A stretch of DNA of 62,050 nucleotides, counting the filler, from Sphacelaria rigidula (taxonomy: Eukaryota): assembly GCA_964200075.2 (NCBI GenBank). It is 10 parts of 10 records of this genome, joined end to end, with 100 filler letters (N's around TTAATTAATTAA, not from the genome) between each part and the next. Parts side by side here need not be neighbours in the genome. Positions count along the whole stretch, not along the records: positions 1 to 6,116 come from CAXNAA020022118.1; positions 6,217 to 12,332 come from CAXNAA020022119.1; 8 more parts are not named here. One strand, written 5' to 3'. The notes under the pieces are model-generated. The model worked only from the letters and a program-made list of their open reading frames with translations, made no database searches and had not been told where the DNA came from. How positions within the stretch are numbered: position 1 is the first letter of the stretch; each line of letters opens with the position of its first letter. The position numbers and the translations under genes are program-made. Positions 1-11,928 of this stretch are shown here, one piece after another.

Positions 1-103
1 CTCGCTCTCTTCTCTCCCCCCCCCCCCCCCCCCCCCATCCCTAAATATCCCTCCTGATTAGGGTTGGTTTTAGGGTTGGCGTCAGTTGGCAGTAAGGCTG
101 TGA

Positions 104-575
104 AACACGCCACTCACGGCGTAAGCTGGGAAACCAGGTGACCTTTTTTTCTTGCGCGCTTTTTTTTTTTGCTTGAACCATGATGGTCGAGTTAGATCAT
201 ATTTTGTGGGATGGAGAACCTCAACTCCGCGGCAAGGGGATGATCGTAATATGTGGTGTGTAAATGGTGAGGCACCCGTGAGGCAGTGTCAAACCCATGG
301 CTTCTCTGAAAGTGCCAGAAAATGAAGAAACCCTATCGCGGCTGTCTTCCAGATGCGAGATAATAGTAGGCTTCGAACCGAACATTCTTTGGAGGATGCA
401 GCTCACTTTTCATGCGACTCGCCGAACACATCACGGCGATTCGCGGTTGGTGATAGTGAGCCTGGTCCGGCGAAAACCCGGTGTGCTCCGTCCCGGCTTT
501 GTAGGGATGCGAGGTCAATGATCTTCTGACCTACGGCATGCAAGATCACGAGTACCCCCTCCCCCCACTCCCCCC
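104..575 (+). mobile_element. Dispersed repeat family A (SINE-like or 3' retroposon fragment ending GAGTAC-poly(C))
   Basis: Aligns by eye with copies at 6217-6403(-), 6695-7092(+), 11930-12332(+), 26580-26645(-), 26653-26965(+), 30600-30930(+), 37107-37192(-), 43280-43407(+) and 56084-56287(-). Complete 3' ends read ...GGCATGCA(A/T)GATCA(T/C)GAGTAC(A)CCCCC. Confidence 0.8.
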
Positions 576-1231
576 ATCATACCCCTCGCGTACAGGGTAG
601 GGGGCAAGTACGAAACAAGGATTCAAATCAGTCTCTTGGGCAAGGGGTTGGCGAAGTCACGGTATGGCGTGTGGGAGAAGCTGTAGTGTACACATGTGGA
701 ATATTGCAGTGATTCATTTTCCTTTCACCTTTCTGTAACAACAAGACTGGCTTTATTTCCAGGCTTTCGATGGTGGCAATAGTTGTGCGCCCGTCCTCCG
801 AAACCTTGGTTTGTAGTTCGGCGTCTGAGCCCCCACGAGAAGACGATAGTCGTCTGTTCGTTAGTTGCCGATTTGTGAGTTGGGCGCTCCTCTCGTGCAC
901 AAAATATAATGGTGAACAGCCAAGCCTCAAGCGCGATTTTTTTACTGATGTTTTTGGCTTCCATATTCATGTCGATAATAGTCCATGCCGGCAGATGCTT
1001 CGTTGTAGAGGCTTGTACGTTTGTGTTTTCTTATACTGTACTTGTACACAGATGTGGAGAGGACATATCGTTTCCAGTGGCTCTTGCTCGACCTCTGACC
1101 CGATCCCCTTGGAACCTAGCCATCAAGCCCTAACCTTAGCATGCATTTGTCAATATCCTAGCCGTAACCCTGAAGCCCCAACTCCGTTTAGTGACAATAT
1201 TCCTCATCTTGACCCTACCCCTTGCCCGCAG

Positions 1232-2727
1232 ATGTTCTCACGACGGTTGCAATAAGAAGCCCACATACGGCATCGAGGGACAGAGCTCTCTGTCCTACTG
1301 CGCGCAGCACGTGGACGCGGGAATGTCTGACGTGATTCCGATCCGCTGCATTCACGACACCTGCCGAAAGCGCCCCAAGTACGGCGTGCCGGGGAGCAAG
1401 AAGGTACGATTTTTGTTTCGCGGCTGTTTTTTGGCAATAGAAGAATACCCCTGGTGCTTGCGACCAGCGGACGAGACGGTGAAATTTCCCCTTGTCGTGG
1501 AGCTGTTCCCCCCTAACCGCTAACGGAAGCCTGGGAGAAGCCATTTGATTGTCGTGGAGTCGCCCTCTTCCCGCGCCGCCGCCGGCGACGATTTTTTGCA
1601 GAATTTGATCAAGCGACCTTCTAGTGTTTTTTACGATGTCGCCATTCTGAGTTCTAGTCAACGACAATGATTCACCGTCCACCTGTGTTGATCCCTAACC
1701 CTGTGATGAAAACGTTAAAATGTAGGCTGAGTTCTGCTGCCAACACGCGCCGGAGGGGATGGTGGATGTGGTCAACTCCCGCTGCTCCTTCGACGGGTGC
1801 CCTGCCAAACCCACGCACTGTGTCCCCGGAAGCATGGAACCCGCCGTTTGCATTAAACACGCCAAGGAGGGCATGGTGGTCCCGGGTGTGGCGGCCGCGG
1901 CCGCCGCGGCCGCCGCTGCAGCTGCTGCAGTCACAGCGGCTGCTGCCGCTAACCCCTCCTCCCCCGTCCCCACTTCCGCCCCCGGTGGCGCCATGCAGCA
2001 GCTCCCACCCGCGCCGTCGATAACCCCCAACGGCATGAACCCCCTCGCCGCCGCTGCAGCAGGTATGCCGGTCGTCCCTATCCTTGCGGCGGTCGCCGCC
2101 GCGGCCACGCCAGTGCCAATCCCGACCCAGCCACCTTCGGCGCAGACAGTAGCGCCGCCGGCAGCCAATGCTGCTGCCCCCCCCCTCACCGCTGTCTCCG
2201 TCGGTTTCCCTGCCCAAGCAGTCTCCGTGGCGCCCCCCATGACCGCCATTCCAGCACAATCGGCAGTTACGGCAGTGCCGACCCCCGCAACCGTTGCCCC
2301 CCCGGCGCAATACGCTATGGCTCCAGCTGCGCCGACCGCATCGCCGGTTGTCCACGTCGCGGCGCACCCTGCCCCTACTGCGGCGTTGCCTGCTGCTACT
2401 ACGGCGCCGCCACCGGCCGCGGCACCGGCCGCTCCTATTGACGTCGGCGGCTCCGGCCCCGTCGTCGACACCATTCACGCACCCCCTGGGTCGCCCGCTT
2501 TGGCGGGTGCGGCCGGGCCTAGGGTGCCCGCGGCCGGCGTGCCATCTGTGGGGACCCTGGTGGTGGGGTCGCCGGCGGGAGGAGTTGGTGCTACCGCTGC
2601 GGGTGCGGGGGCTGGTCCCCCTGGGCCTGTGGGTGCTGGGGCGGCGGGCGCGGCGGGGTCACCCGTGAAAGGGGCGGCGGCGGTTACGTTGCCTGGGTTC
2701 AGTGCTGCTGTAGAACGTCTGCGCTGA
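1232..2727 (+). CDS. 3' part of an EsV-1-7-type cysteine-repeat protein with long Ala/Pro-rich C-terminus (exons 1232-1403 and 1726-2727)
   Basis: Acceptor cccgcag|1232, donor AAG|gtacg at 1403, acceptor tgtag|1726 in matching phase 0, CTAAC branch-like motif near 1695, stop TGA 2725-2727. Three repeats CxxxxCxxxPxY/HG...(Y/F/V)CxxH...GM(V/S)DV: CSHDGCNKKPTYG..YCAQH, CIHDTCRKRPKYG..FCCQH, CSFDGCPAKPTHC..VCIKH. Upstream exons not identified. Confidence 0.85.
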
Positions 2728-5220
2728 TGTTGGTGTATATGATCGATTTGTTTTTTTTGTTTTATTTATGTGGGAGGGAAGAGAATTATGATGCTTCGTT
2801 TGCGAGGTTCTTTCAATCTTCGCTGCGTGTTGCTGGTTGGGGAAGGATCGAGACGGGGACGCCAGCGAGTGTGTCGCGAGACGGTGCGGCACACATTGCT
2901 TTTATGGTTGGAGTTATTCAATGTTATATTCGTTTCGACGCGAGAGTGAACTGGTTCGGTTGCTGTTTCTTTTTCTCCAGCGAGAACCGTAGCAGTCAGT
3001 TAGTTTTCACAACTATACCGCAAGAGGAACGGGGCGGAAGAGGAAGGGGAGGTTCCTTTTACAATTGTCAAGGGGCAAGCGATTGCGCGTGTGCAGTAAA
3101 ACCGTGCGCACTGCAGTACCCGATCATGTTGGGAAAAAATGTCGAAATAATGAAATATGAGAATGGGTACAGTATATTGGGCGCAATCGATGGAAGGATG
3201 GACGGCGCAAGATACTGGTAGCTAAAAGCAGGAGAAGTTTAGTAGTGTGATCTTTATTTTTGTTGCATTTTGGTGTGTGTGTTTACAGGTAGTTGCAGTT
3301 GGCAATTAGCGGCTCAAGGGTTGAAACAGCCCGTGTTTGTATTTTTTTTTTGTATCGGTGGCATGGCGATAGCGCGTGATGTTTCGAAAAACAATGCGAG
3401 CGGTCTGTGTTTGACTTGTTTCTCTCGTGATATTTTTTTATTCGTGTTGTTCTGTTGACCGACTCACGAAAAGATTTCTTGTGGCCTCACGGTCTCTTGA
3501 CGACTTGACCTTTCGTCCTCGAGTGTTTTTGTACAGAACACTTCTTCGTACTTGTTTTCAGTTCATATCGCTGGGTCGTGCCTGAGGGTACACTGTCGTG
3601 CGAGACCCACGTAACACAAACTCGTCGATCGTTCTGTTTTTTTTTTTTGTAATATTCCAGTGAAAATGTTGTGAGGACAGTTCCATGTAGGTGGTCGATG
3701 TTTCCGCACGAAGTTCGACACCGGTGTTGCGGGTACACACGAATATTTGCTCATGGTTGAGGCTTTGTAATGTTGGCGTATTTGCACATGGAATTATGGA
3801 GCTACGCGGTTCACATCTTCCTGCCGAAATTAGGTTTCGATGCGTGTGGCTCCGTGTTCTTGAAGTTTGGACTGCAGTAGTTTTGTTCGCCTTGCACTTA
3901 TTTTTCAGGGCCTGAGTAGTAGAAGAAGGGAGTAAAAGAGCGAATGCGCACCCTTCCTAGTCGCCGACAAAAGCAGGTGCCAGGTGCGTCTTGGGGTTCA
4001 ACTACATCGAGCAGGTGGCATACTGTGCCATGGAAAATACCGGCGTGTTGCTGCTGTGTGGGTTGTGGTGCATTGCACTCAGCATGCGTATTCGTCACGT
4101 TCACAATGGGGCGTTAATTATGCCTTTGGCACGTGGATATAGCGAATTGAAAAGAGCACGGGAGGCATGAGGTGTTGCGAGGGGTGACGTGGTGGACATC
4201 GAGAAACTTCGAGACCGGTCCCAGATCATTCAGCTAAAATTACTCAAGCTTGAGAGGTTGTTCTTCGGAGCGGCTTTTCGAATTTGTACGGGGGCAATTC
4301 GGCTGGGAGAGGGGCTGTTGGTAGATGTAGTCCAGGGTTTCACGCTTTTTTCAAACGCGCAGTCAGTACGATGTGTAGTCGGGTCATTCATGATGGGACT
4401 CCCGGGGCGGCCGTGTATCAATCAACGTGTACGTGGCTTGCGGGAACGGGCATTTATCTGTGCTACGTCTTTGCTCTGTATCTTGTTTGATGCTGTTGGA
4501 TACGACATAAAGCGATCGCCTGGCGGACGCTCGCTGCCTACTACGAAGTAGTAAGTGTAGGTTCGAAATGATTTAAGGATATAATGTGCGTGTACGTACA
4601 CACATGGAGCTCTACATGGAAAAGAAAACATGAAGCTGCAGTAATTGGGAAACGAAAAAGTTGAAAGTATATCCATGATGGCAAAATGAGATTGTGTAAT
4701 AATCGAAAACGAAGCTCCAGAGTCGCTACTGCTGCTGCTGCGGCTATGCTGCTGCTGGTGCCGCTATTTTCGCTGGTATTGTGCCATCCCAAAGCAGAAG
4801 GGATTAGGCCGGTTCTTGTGGACATGGCACGCGGTCTGTGAAAAGCAACACTCATTAATGATTGTTTTAGCGGTTCCGAATCGGCTTCTTCCCGACAGGG
4901 GTGCTGGGTGGATTGTGCCATGTCGGAAACACTTACTTTGCAGTACTCTAAAGGAACTCCAGCGCACGCTTTCAATCCTCCATGTCCCCAGCTTCACTTC
5001 TTCCAAAGGTCGGGAAACACAGACGACAGTTTCTCAATCATACAAGAAATCCTTCCAGCTGTTAGAAAGTGAGAAACTTCCTGAAATACGGTGACTCTGT
5101 GAACTGAGATCGTGGTGCACATGGTGCCCTGATGCGCGTTGTTGTTTGTTAACTTGTTGGGGATTGAAGTAGAGAAAAACGCACCATATATTCCAAGGTG
5201 AAGTTCCGTAGGCAACGGTT

Positions 5221-5722
5221 TTCTGTATACCCGGGGTATTTTGCCGGGTATTTACCGTACCCGACAGGTCTGTGGCTTCTGTAAGACCTTCATACCGATT
5301 CCCGACAGTTCTGTACTCTCTAAAATGCTTTCATACCCTTACCTGATAGTTCTATAATCTCTGCACAGGTAGGACTCCCGTACCGTTTTCGGGGGGCACG
5401 GGTACGCTCCTGATAAGATACCTGATTGCGGGTACGGATTTCTGTGCAACCTCCATACCCTACCCGACAGTTTCTGTGAGTTCTCTAAGCCTCCCATACC
5501 CTTACCCGACAGTTCTGTGAGTTCCGTGCGAAATGTTTATCCGTACCCGGAGCGTGGGTATGCTCTTGAAGAAATACCCGATTACCGGTACCGGTTTTCT
5601 GGAAGCCTCCCATACCGTACCCGACAAGTTCTGTAATTTCTGTAAGACTTTTATCCAGTACCGGTCCCGACAGTTCTGTGAGCTCTGTAAACCTCCCATA
5701 TACCCCTACCCGGGGTTAGGTT
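5221..5722 (+). repeat. Dispersed element containing a degenerate ~40-bp minisatellite (CATACCCTACCCGACAGTTCTGTGAGTTCTGTAAG-like)
   Basis: About ten degenerate units. A second copy with the same boundaries lies in reverse orientation at ~50760-51180. Confidence 0.8.
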
Positions 5723-6116
5723 ATACCGTTATAGATATACCCGATTGCAGGTATGAGCACAGGTATATACGTTGGGGAGGTACGGATATAGGTTCAATCC
5801 AAACACAACCTCATGACCTGAACATTTACCTCCCATCGATCAACTATTATTATGAACTTCGGCCTAGTCGCCCTCGAGAAGGCAGCCTCAGTACACCTTT
5901 GTCCTGTTATGTTCTCACGAATAGAGGCCCAAGCCATATGTGCCAGGTTGCAGTGCACAGCTGGATCCAACAAATGAATACAAAACGAGCCACAGTAAAC
6001 AACGTTTCGAGAGTTGAAGGTACGATTAAGAGTGAAAAGCGGTCAATTAACAGGGTTGCCAGAAAAATGAAAACGTATTTTGAAATGAGAATCAACCGCT
6101 CCCCGGGATTGTGTCC

Positions 6117-6216
6117 NNNNNNNNNNNNNNNNNNNNNNNNNNNNNNNNNNNNNNNNNNNNTTAATTAATTAANNNNNNNNNNNNNNNNNNNNNNNNNNNN
6201 NNNNNNNNNNNNNNNN
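6117..6216. other. Artificial contig linker (N44-TTAATTAATTAA-N44); identical linkers at 12333, 18548, 24763, 30978, 37193, 43408, 49623 and 55837
   Basis: Nine identical 100-nt spacers carrying a six-frame stop cassette. Intervening segments fall from 6116 to 6114 bp, i.e. size-sorted unplaced contigs. Confidence 0.97.
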
Positions 6217-8689
6217 CAATCACCAAGCGCAAAGCGCCGTGATGTGTGCGGCGCGTCGCATGAAGGGTGAGCTGCATCCTGCTAAGATTGCTCGGCCCGA
6301 AGCTTACTGATTATCTTGCATTAGAATGACGGCCTACAATGAGTTGCTTCATATTCTGGTATCGCCACTTCCAGAGACAGCCACGGCTTAAATATACACT
6401 GCCGGGAGAGGTGGGTGGGGGGTACTTGGGTTTTGCATTTCGTAGTCAGAGGATCACGGGGGTGGCAGGAGGAGGGCGGAGGGGGAGCGTACTCATTTGT
6501 TGGTTGCCTTAGCCCTTTGGCCATTGACCACGCATCCCCTTCAAGACGGGGGGAGGGAGGGGGGTACATTTTCCTACAGTTCCGAGCACCATTTTTTCCC
6601 GTTCTCATGAGAAAGATACGCCCATTTTTCAGAATCCTCTCTTACAAGTAGTAGCGGATCAAAGTGAGGCAATGTATGGAGTGGGACCAGAATTGTAGTC
6701 GAGCTAGATCATGTTGTACAGTGTGGGAGAACCTCAACTCCGCACAAAGGGGATGGTCGTACTATACGTGGTGTTTACATGGTGAGACACCCAGGAGGCA
6801 GTGTATAAGCCGTGGCTGTCTCTAGAAGTGGCGATACCACAAAATAAAGCAAATCATGTAGGCTGTCATCCGAATGCAAGATAATCAGTAGGCTTCGGGC
6901 CGAACAATCTTAGCAGGGTGCACCCTTCATACGACTGGCCGAACACACCACGGTGCTTCGCGCTAGGTGATTGAGTGCGAGCCTGGTCCGGTGAAACCCG
7001 GCGTGCTCCATCCCGCCTTTGCAGGGATGCGAGGTCAATGGTGTTATGACTTTGGCATGCATGATCATGAGTACACCCCCCCCCTCCCCCCCAAAAGGTG
7101 GAATGAGGTCCGAAGCAAAATCTGCATATATCTGAACTGTTTAGACCTGCTTTCTGAAACCAGCTACTGTATGATATCCCCACTTTGCTACAAAAATTTC
7201 GAGGTCCACCTGCTACTGAAGCCCACTATATCCACGCCCTTTAAAATTAAGTCAGGCATGTGAGTAATGGAGTGAAGGTTGGCCACCTCAGATCCAAATC
7301 GAAAATACAAAAGGTATAGCCTGTACGGATATAATAGGGTCACCCCCGACATGTTAAATTCACATCAAGGTTGGTCTAGTGGTGATACGCCCGAAAAACT
7401 TCACCGGTTTCCATTGGACTGTGGAAACGTGGTTAGACGGTGTCTTGAAATTCCCGATACAAGGTGCACGGGCGTCAAATGAAGGGAAGGGGTGGATAGT
7501 GCGTGACATAGACGTCGAGACCTACTGCAGTAGTGAAACAAACACGTCACCAATGACCGACCACATCACAAACGAAAAGGATCATTATCAAGCGGCACGT
7601 AGACATCTTGAGGACACGAAGGGTAGAAGGTAGTGCAAAGTGTGGGGGAATCGTTGGCCAAGCTCTCGGCAGCGAAGGTCTACTCGGGAGCATTATTAGT
7701 GGAGTAGCGACCCATGGTGAACCGTATACGGAGTGGGAGGAAATAATGATGTACGGGACGTCCCGATGTGTGAGTATGGCCTTGTGATATTCAAGGCGTC
7801 CTTAAACCCGAGACGGTGAATGTGACCTCCCTGGAGGGAAGTAACCAGTACAGCAGCGGGGAAAAGGTAGAACATACGATTATAGGGCGCCTGAATGGTC
7901 GACCATGAAGTTCGCCCAGCACAAACGTGGGGTACTTTTGTCCAAGGTGTTGAACTTGGCTTAAAGCTACGAGCCCGTGTGGGATGCATCATTTAGTGTC
8001 GGTGAGCCAGCAACAACTGAGAGACACCAGACCCCCAACGAGTAATAGGATTTGTGTGTCCCAGTAACATGACTACATCCCACCACAATGTTTCAGACAA
8101 ACAAGCTGGAGATACTCTCGAAAGAGATCGAGAGAGAGAGAGAGACGGTAAGGGAGGGTGGATGGAGAAGTACAGAGTGAACGGGTAAAGTACCAGCAGT
8201 ACTGGATTCGGAGTCCGTAGCGATATGACGGCAAAATAGTTCAAAAGGATAAGCAATAAAGTGGGACAATACTGTTTGGCAATACGAGGAAGGAGAACAC
8301 TCGCGAGTCGCGCTGAGCAACGAGTGGGAAAGGATAGAGCCAAGCAAGGTGTCGACATGGGTCAGAAGGGTAGGATGGAGAGTATGCACAGCCTTCTAAC
8401 ATCAAAGCTAAGACGTAGCCTGCGGGTGAACGCGTGCAGTAGAAGTAGGAACAGGTAAGTGCCCGGAGGGGAAACGGGGGGGGGCGTACTCATTTGTTGC
8501 TTGCCTTAGTCGTTTGACCATTGACCACGCATTCCTTTCGAGACGGAGCATGGACGAACATAACGGACCAAAGCGAATAGACGAAGACCCGAACCGGAAA
8601 CGGGAAGGAAAATCAAGCCAGGGGAAATAGAAGTAAAAATAACGGAGAGATAACAATAGACATGAGGAGAGTAGATAATTGGTCGAAGA

Positions 8690-11600
8690 GGAAGTTGAGA
8701 ATAGGATCGTCGAATGTGTGTGGATTCGCCACAGACGAGCGCAAAATATTAGAGATAAATTAGTCGAACAAGTAAGTCAGCGCGACCTAGATATAGTGGG
8801 AATCCAAGAGTCATGAGAGAAAGAGGGGGTGGAATAGGATGCAAAGGTGCAGAGTAAGCATGGACAGGGAGATAGCGGAAGGGGCAGAACCCCAAGAACA
8901 GGGGAGCGGGGGAGTACGATTCTTAGTCAGGGAATACCTGTGTGACATCATAGAGGCAATCAACAAGGACACGAAATTCGACGAGAGCATATGGATAAGG
9001 GTACCAGGAGAGCGGGGAACGAAATACTCTTCTTAAGGAACATTTATATGCCCCTGGAATTGAGGAGTAGAGTAAACGGTACACAGCGGAGGTTTGGGGA
9101 CACAGCAGCAGATGCACAGCAGTATACAAGGCAAGGATAAGTAATGTTAGTAGTGTGAGATTTGAATACAAGTGATGGACAGGCAGATCTACCGGATGAC
9201 ATCATTGGACAATACGGGGGAGAGAAGAACACGAATGGGGTAGAAATGCTCAAGTTCCCTGAGAGAAACGAGATGAAGACGCTAAACGATAGAGCACAAA
9301 AGCCAGAGGCGCAATGGACATGGGCTAGAAAGTGCAAAGTCGAGAGAGAACGCTCCATTCTTCACTATATAGTGGTAGAGCATGGTAAAGAAATGGAAGT
9401 ACATGTATGAGCGGAGGACGTGGGGACTACAGATCCTTGCCTAATATGGACAGAAAGCCAACAGACGAGAGCTAAAAGAAATGGGCGGGGTAGGAAGTTG
9501 AACAAACGGAGATTGATGAACTAGAGATGAGTGAAAGACAGCAAGAGGTCCAAGAAGAGATTACCCAAGATACTGTGAAATTTTCCGAGCTCTGTTGGAA
9601 AGCAGAGGTACAGTTGATACCGAAATGGAAAGAGGTCGGGCAGGAGCGAAGGTCATAGAAGGATGGGAGCAGTTGGTCAAGAACATAGCGAGTAAAGCCA
9701 TAGGGGAGAAACTGATCTTACGCGACCGAGCAGAAAATGATGGGGAGAGGAAGTAAATTCGGCTATGAGAGTAAGGCAAGGGGCCCACGCAAGATGTATA
9801 TCGAGTGAAACCAGGCTAGGGTGGTAGGGTCATACACCTAAGCTAGAAAGGAGGTAAAACGGATGGTGGAGGAGGGGAAAAAAGGGAATAGGGGATGGCG
9901 TAGTCAAAAAAGCATGTAAAGATTTCGATGGCGGGATGAAACAAATGTGGGTAGGGAAAAAATGAACACTTATCACACAGACAGGAGAGACAGGGAAGGG
10001 GATAGCTGCCCTAAGAGCACAGAACGGCAAAATGGTTAGTAGTTGAAGGGGGGGCAGGGGAAGTGCTAGTAGAGCACTACAGAAAACTGGGGACACGAAC
10101 AACTAATGAGAGGTTCGAGGCGAAATTCGACAAAAAAAATCAACGCGTGGACAGAGCCGAATATAGAGGCTATCCGAACGGATACATGGTGATTTAACGG
10201 AATTGCAGAGAAATTCACAAGAGAGGAAGTGAAGGAGTGTTGAGCTGAACTCAAAAACAGAGAGGCAGCAGGAGCAGACGAACTAGATAACGAATTTCTA
10301 AAGTCTTGGGAGGAGGAAATTATTACCATGATGGTTATGCTGTATATCTGGATCCGGGAAAACAAGTTCACACCCAGGAGGCGGAGAGAAGGAGCAGTAG
10401 TAGACATTTTCACGAAAGGGGGCGAGATCGACCCAGAGAATTACAGAGTGATAACGCTGCTGAGCACCGTGGGAAGAAATATTTTGTAAGATTCTGAATG
10501 ATAGAGTGGGAACGATGCTAGAGAAAAAAGAGAAAATCCGCGAGGCGCAATCAGGCTTTAGACCGAAATGTAGCTGAAAGATGCCGGGCTGACAACGTAT
10601 TGTTTCTTTCTAGACGTACAGAAGGCCTACGGCACAGTATGAAGAATTGGGCTGTGGAAAAAGTTGTGAGAAACTGGCATCCGAGGAAATTGTGGAGAAT
10701 GGTGAAGAAGATGACAGAATGTGACAAAAGTTCCATGATGCTAGACTGAGAAATATCGAAATATTCTGATATTCTACAAGGGGTTGCACAAGGATGTACG
10801 TTCACCACCCAGTTTATTTAATTTATTTGTCAACGGTCTGAGAAGAGCAATATAAGCAGCAAAGGAAGGTGTCAAGGTGAGGGAAGATACGGTATAGGGA
10901 TTGATGTTCGCGGATGATTTCGTGGGGATATTAGAAACACCACAAGGGTCGCAGAAATAAACAGAGAAGGCGCTAGAATACACTAGGAGATGGAGAGTGA
11001 CAGCGAACGTCAACAAATGCGCGATACTTGTGTGTAATGAAAATATGAAGAACCCGGTAAAGTTCAAATGGGAATGGGGAGAAGAGGAGTCGCCGATCGT
11101 AGACCAGTATACATGCCTTAGCGTAGAGGTCTGAAAAACTGTTCTTGGGATGCGCACATCAATGAACTAATAGAAAAGGTTAAAGCATAGATTGTCACAT
11201 AAGCGGGATGGGCGTGATCCTCAGGACTCGTACCTCGATACTAGGATCAAGATATATATCCTGATGAACGTCATTGTACTAAAGCTAGAATATGCAGGAG
11301 AAGTTTGGGAGGGAGACGCGAAGTTGGTGAAGAACTTGAAAGCAGTACAGGTGGCAGCAGCTGAGAAAATACTTGGCTGCTCAAAAACGACGAGTAATAC
11401 TGCATTGCGAGCAGAATTAGGAAGGTACCCATTTGAAACAAACAGAGACATGAGAAAAATGAAGTTGTAGTGTAGCGTCAAGAACACGCAGAGAAACAGA
11501 TTGCCAGCCATAGTTGATAGGTCTATATAGAAGAAAGTAACGAAAGGGCAGGCTGGAATAGCGTGGGATAGGGCAGTCGAGAAAGTATGGAAGGAAATTT

Positions 11601-11928
11601 GAGGGGAACGGAGGGTACGAGGCAATAGTAGTAGGAGACACGATAAAAACGAGGGGGGGGGGAGTAGAGACGGAAGGTACACGAGGAAAAGCGCCTGGAG
11701 ATATCCGGGGGATTCAGAGAGGGGATAAGGATGAAAGCATATCTGCATGGCCCAATGGATGCGGCGAACAAATTGAAACTGCGATTTCGGGTAGGGGATC
11801 TAGACCCGCCAGAAAGAAGAAGGAGATATCCCAGTAGTCGAGTGGAGGAGGGAGTAGACGAAATGGATGCGTGGTCAATGGTCGAACGACTAGAGCAAGT
11901 AACGAATATATGAGTACCCCCCCCCCCC
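8690..11928 (+). mobile_element. Decayed non-LTR retrotransposon (LINE) ORF with AP endonuclease and reverse transcriptase
   Basis: APE motifs KLRIGSSNVCG (~8692), LDIVGIQES, GSGGVRFLV, ESIWIRV. RT motifs NYRVITLLSTVG, QSGFRP, QGVAQGC and LMFADDFVG (10901-10927). C-terminal YLHGPMDAANKLKLRFRVGDLD. Many stops and frameshifts. Ends ...ATGAGTAC-C(n). Confidence 0.93.

Noticed and set aside
38..80. TTAGGG/CCCTAA telomere-like motifs
   Set aside because: Only isolated, non-tandem hexamers.
1672..2478. Long antisense ORFs (268 and 259 aa)
   Set aside because: Shadow frames of the GC-rich Ala/Pro exon on the plus strand.
4422..5130. Possible minus-strand exons
   Set aside because: No consistent frame or splice model, and no recognisable domain.
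5533..6168. 211-aa ORF
   Set aside because: Arises from the minisatellite element and runs into the N linker.
6161..6172. Regularly spaced TTAATTAATTAA motif
   Set aside because: Artificial six-frame stop linker.
8475..11928. RT region apparently flanked by terminal inverted repeats
   Set aside because: The upstream inverted copy (8475-8550) is one of many independent short 3' fragments of the same LINE, so it is better explained as a separate insertion.
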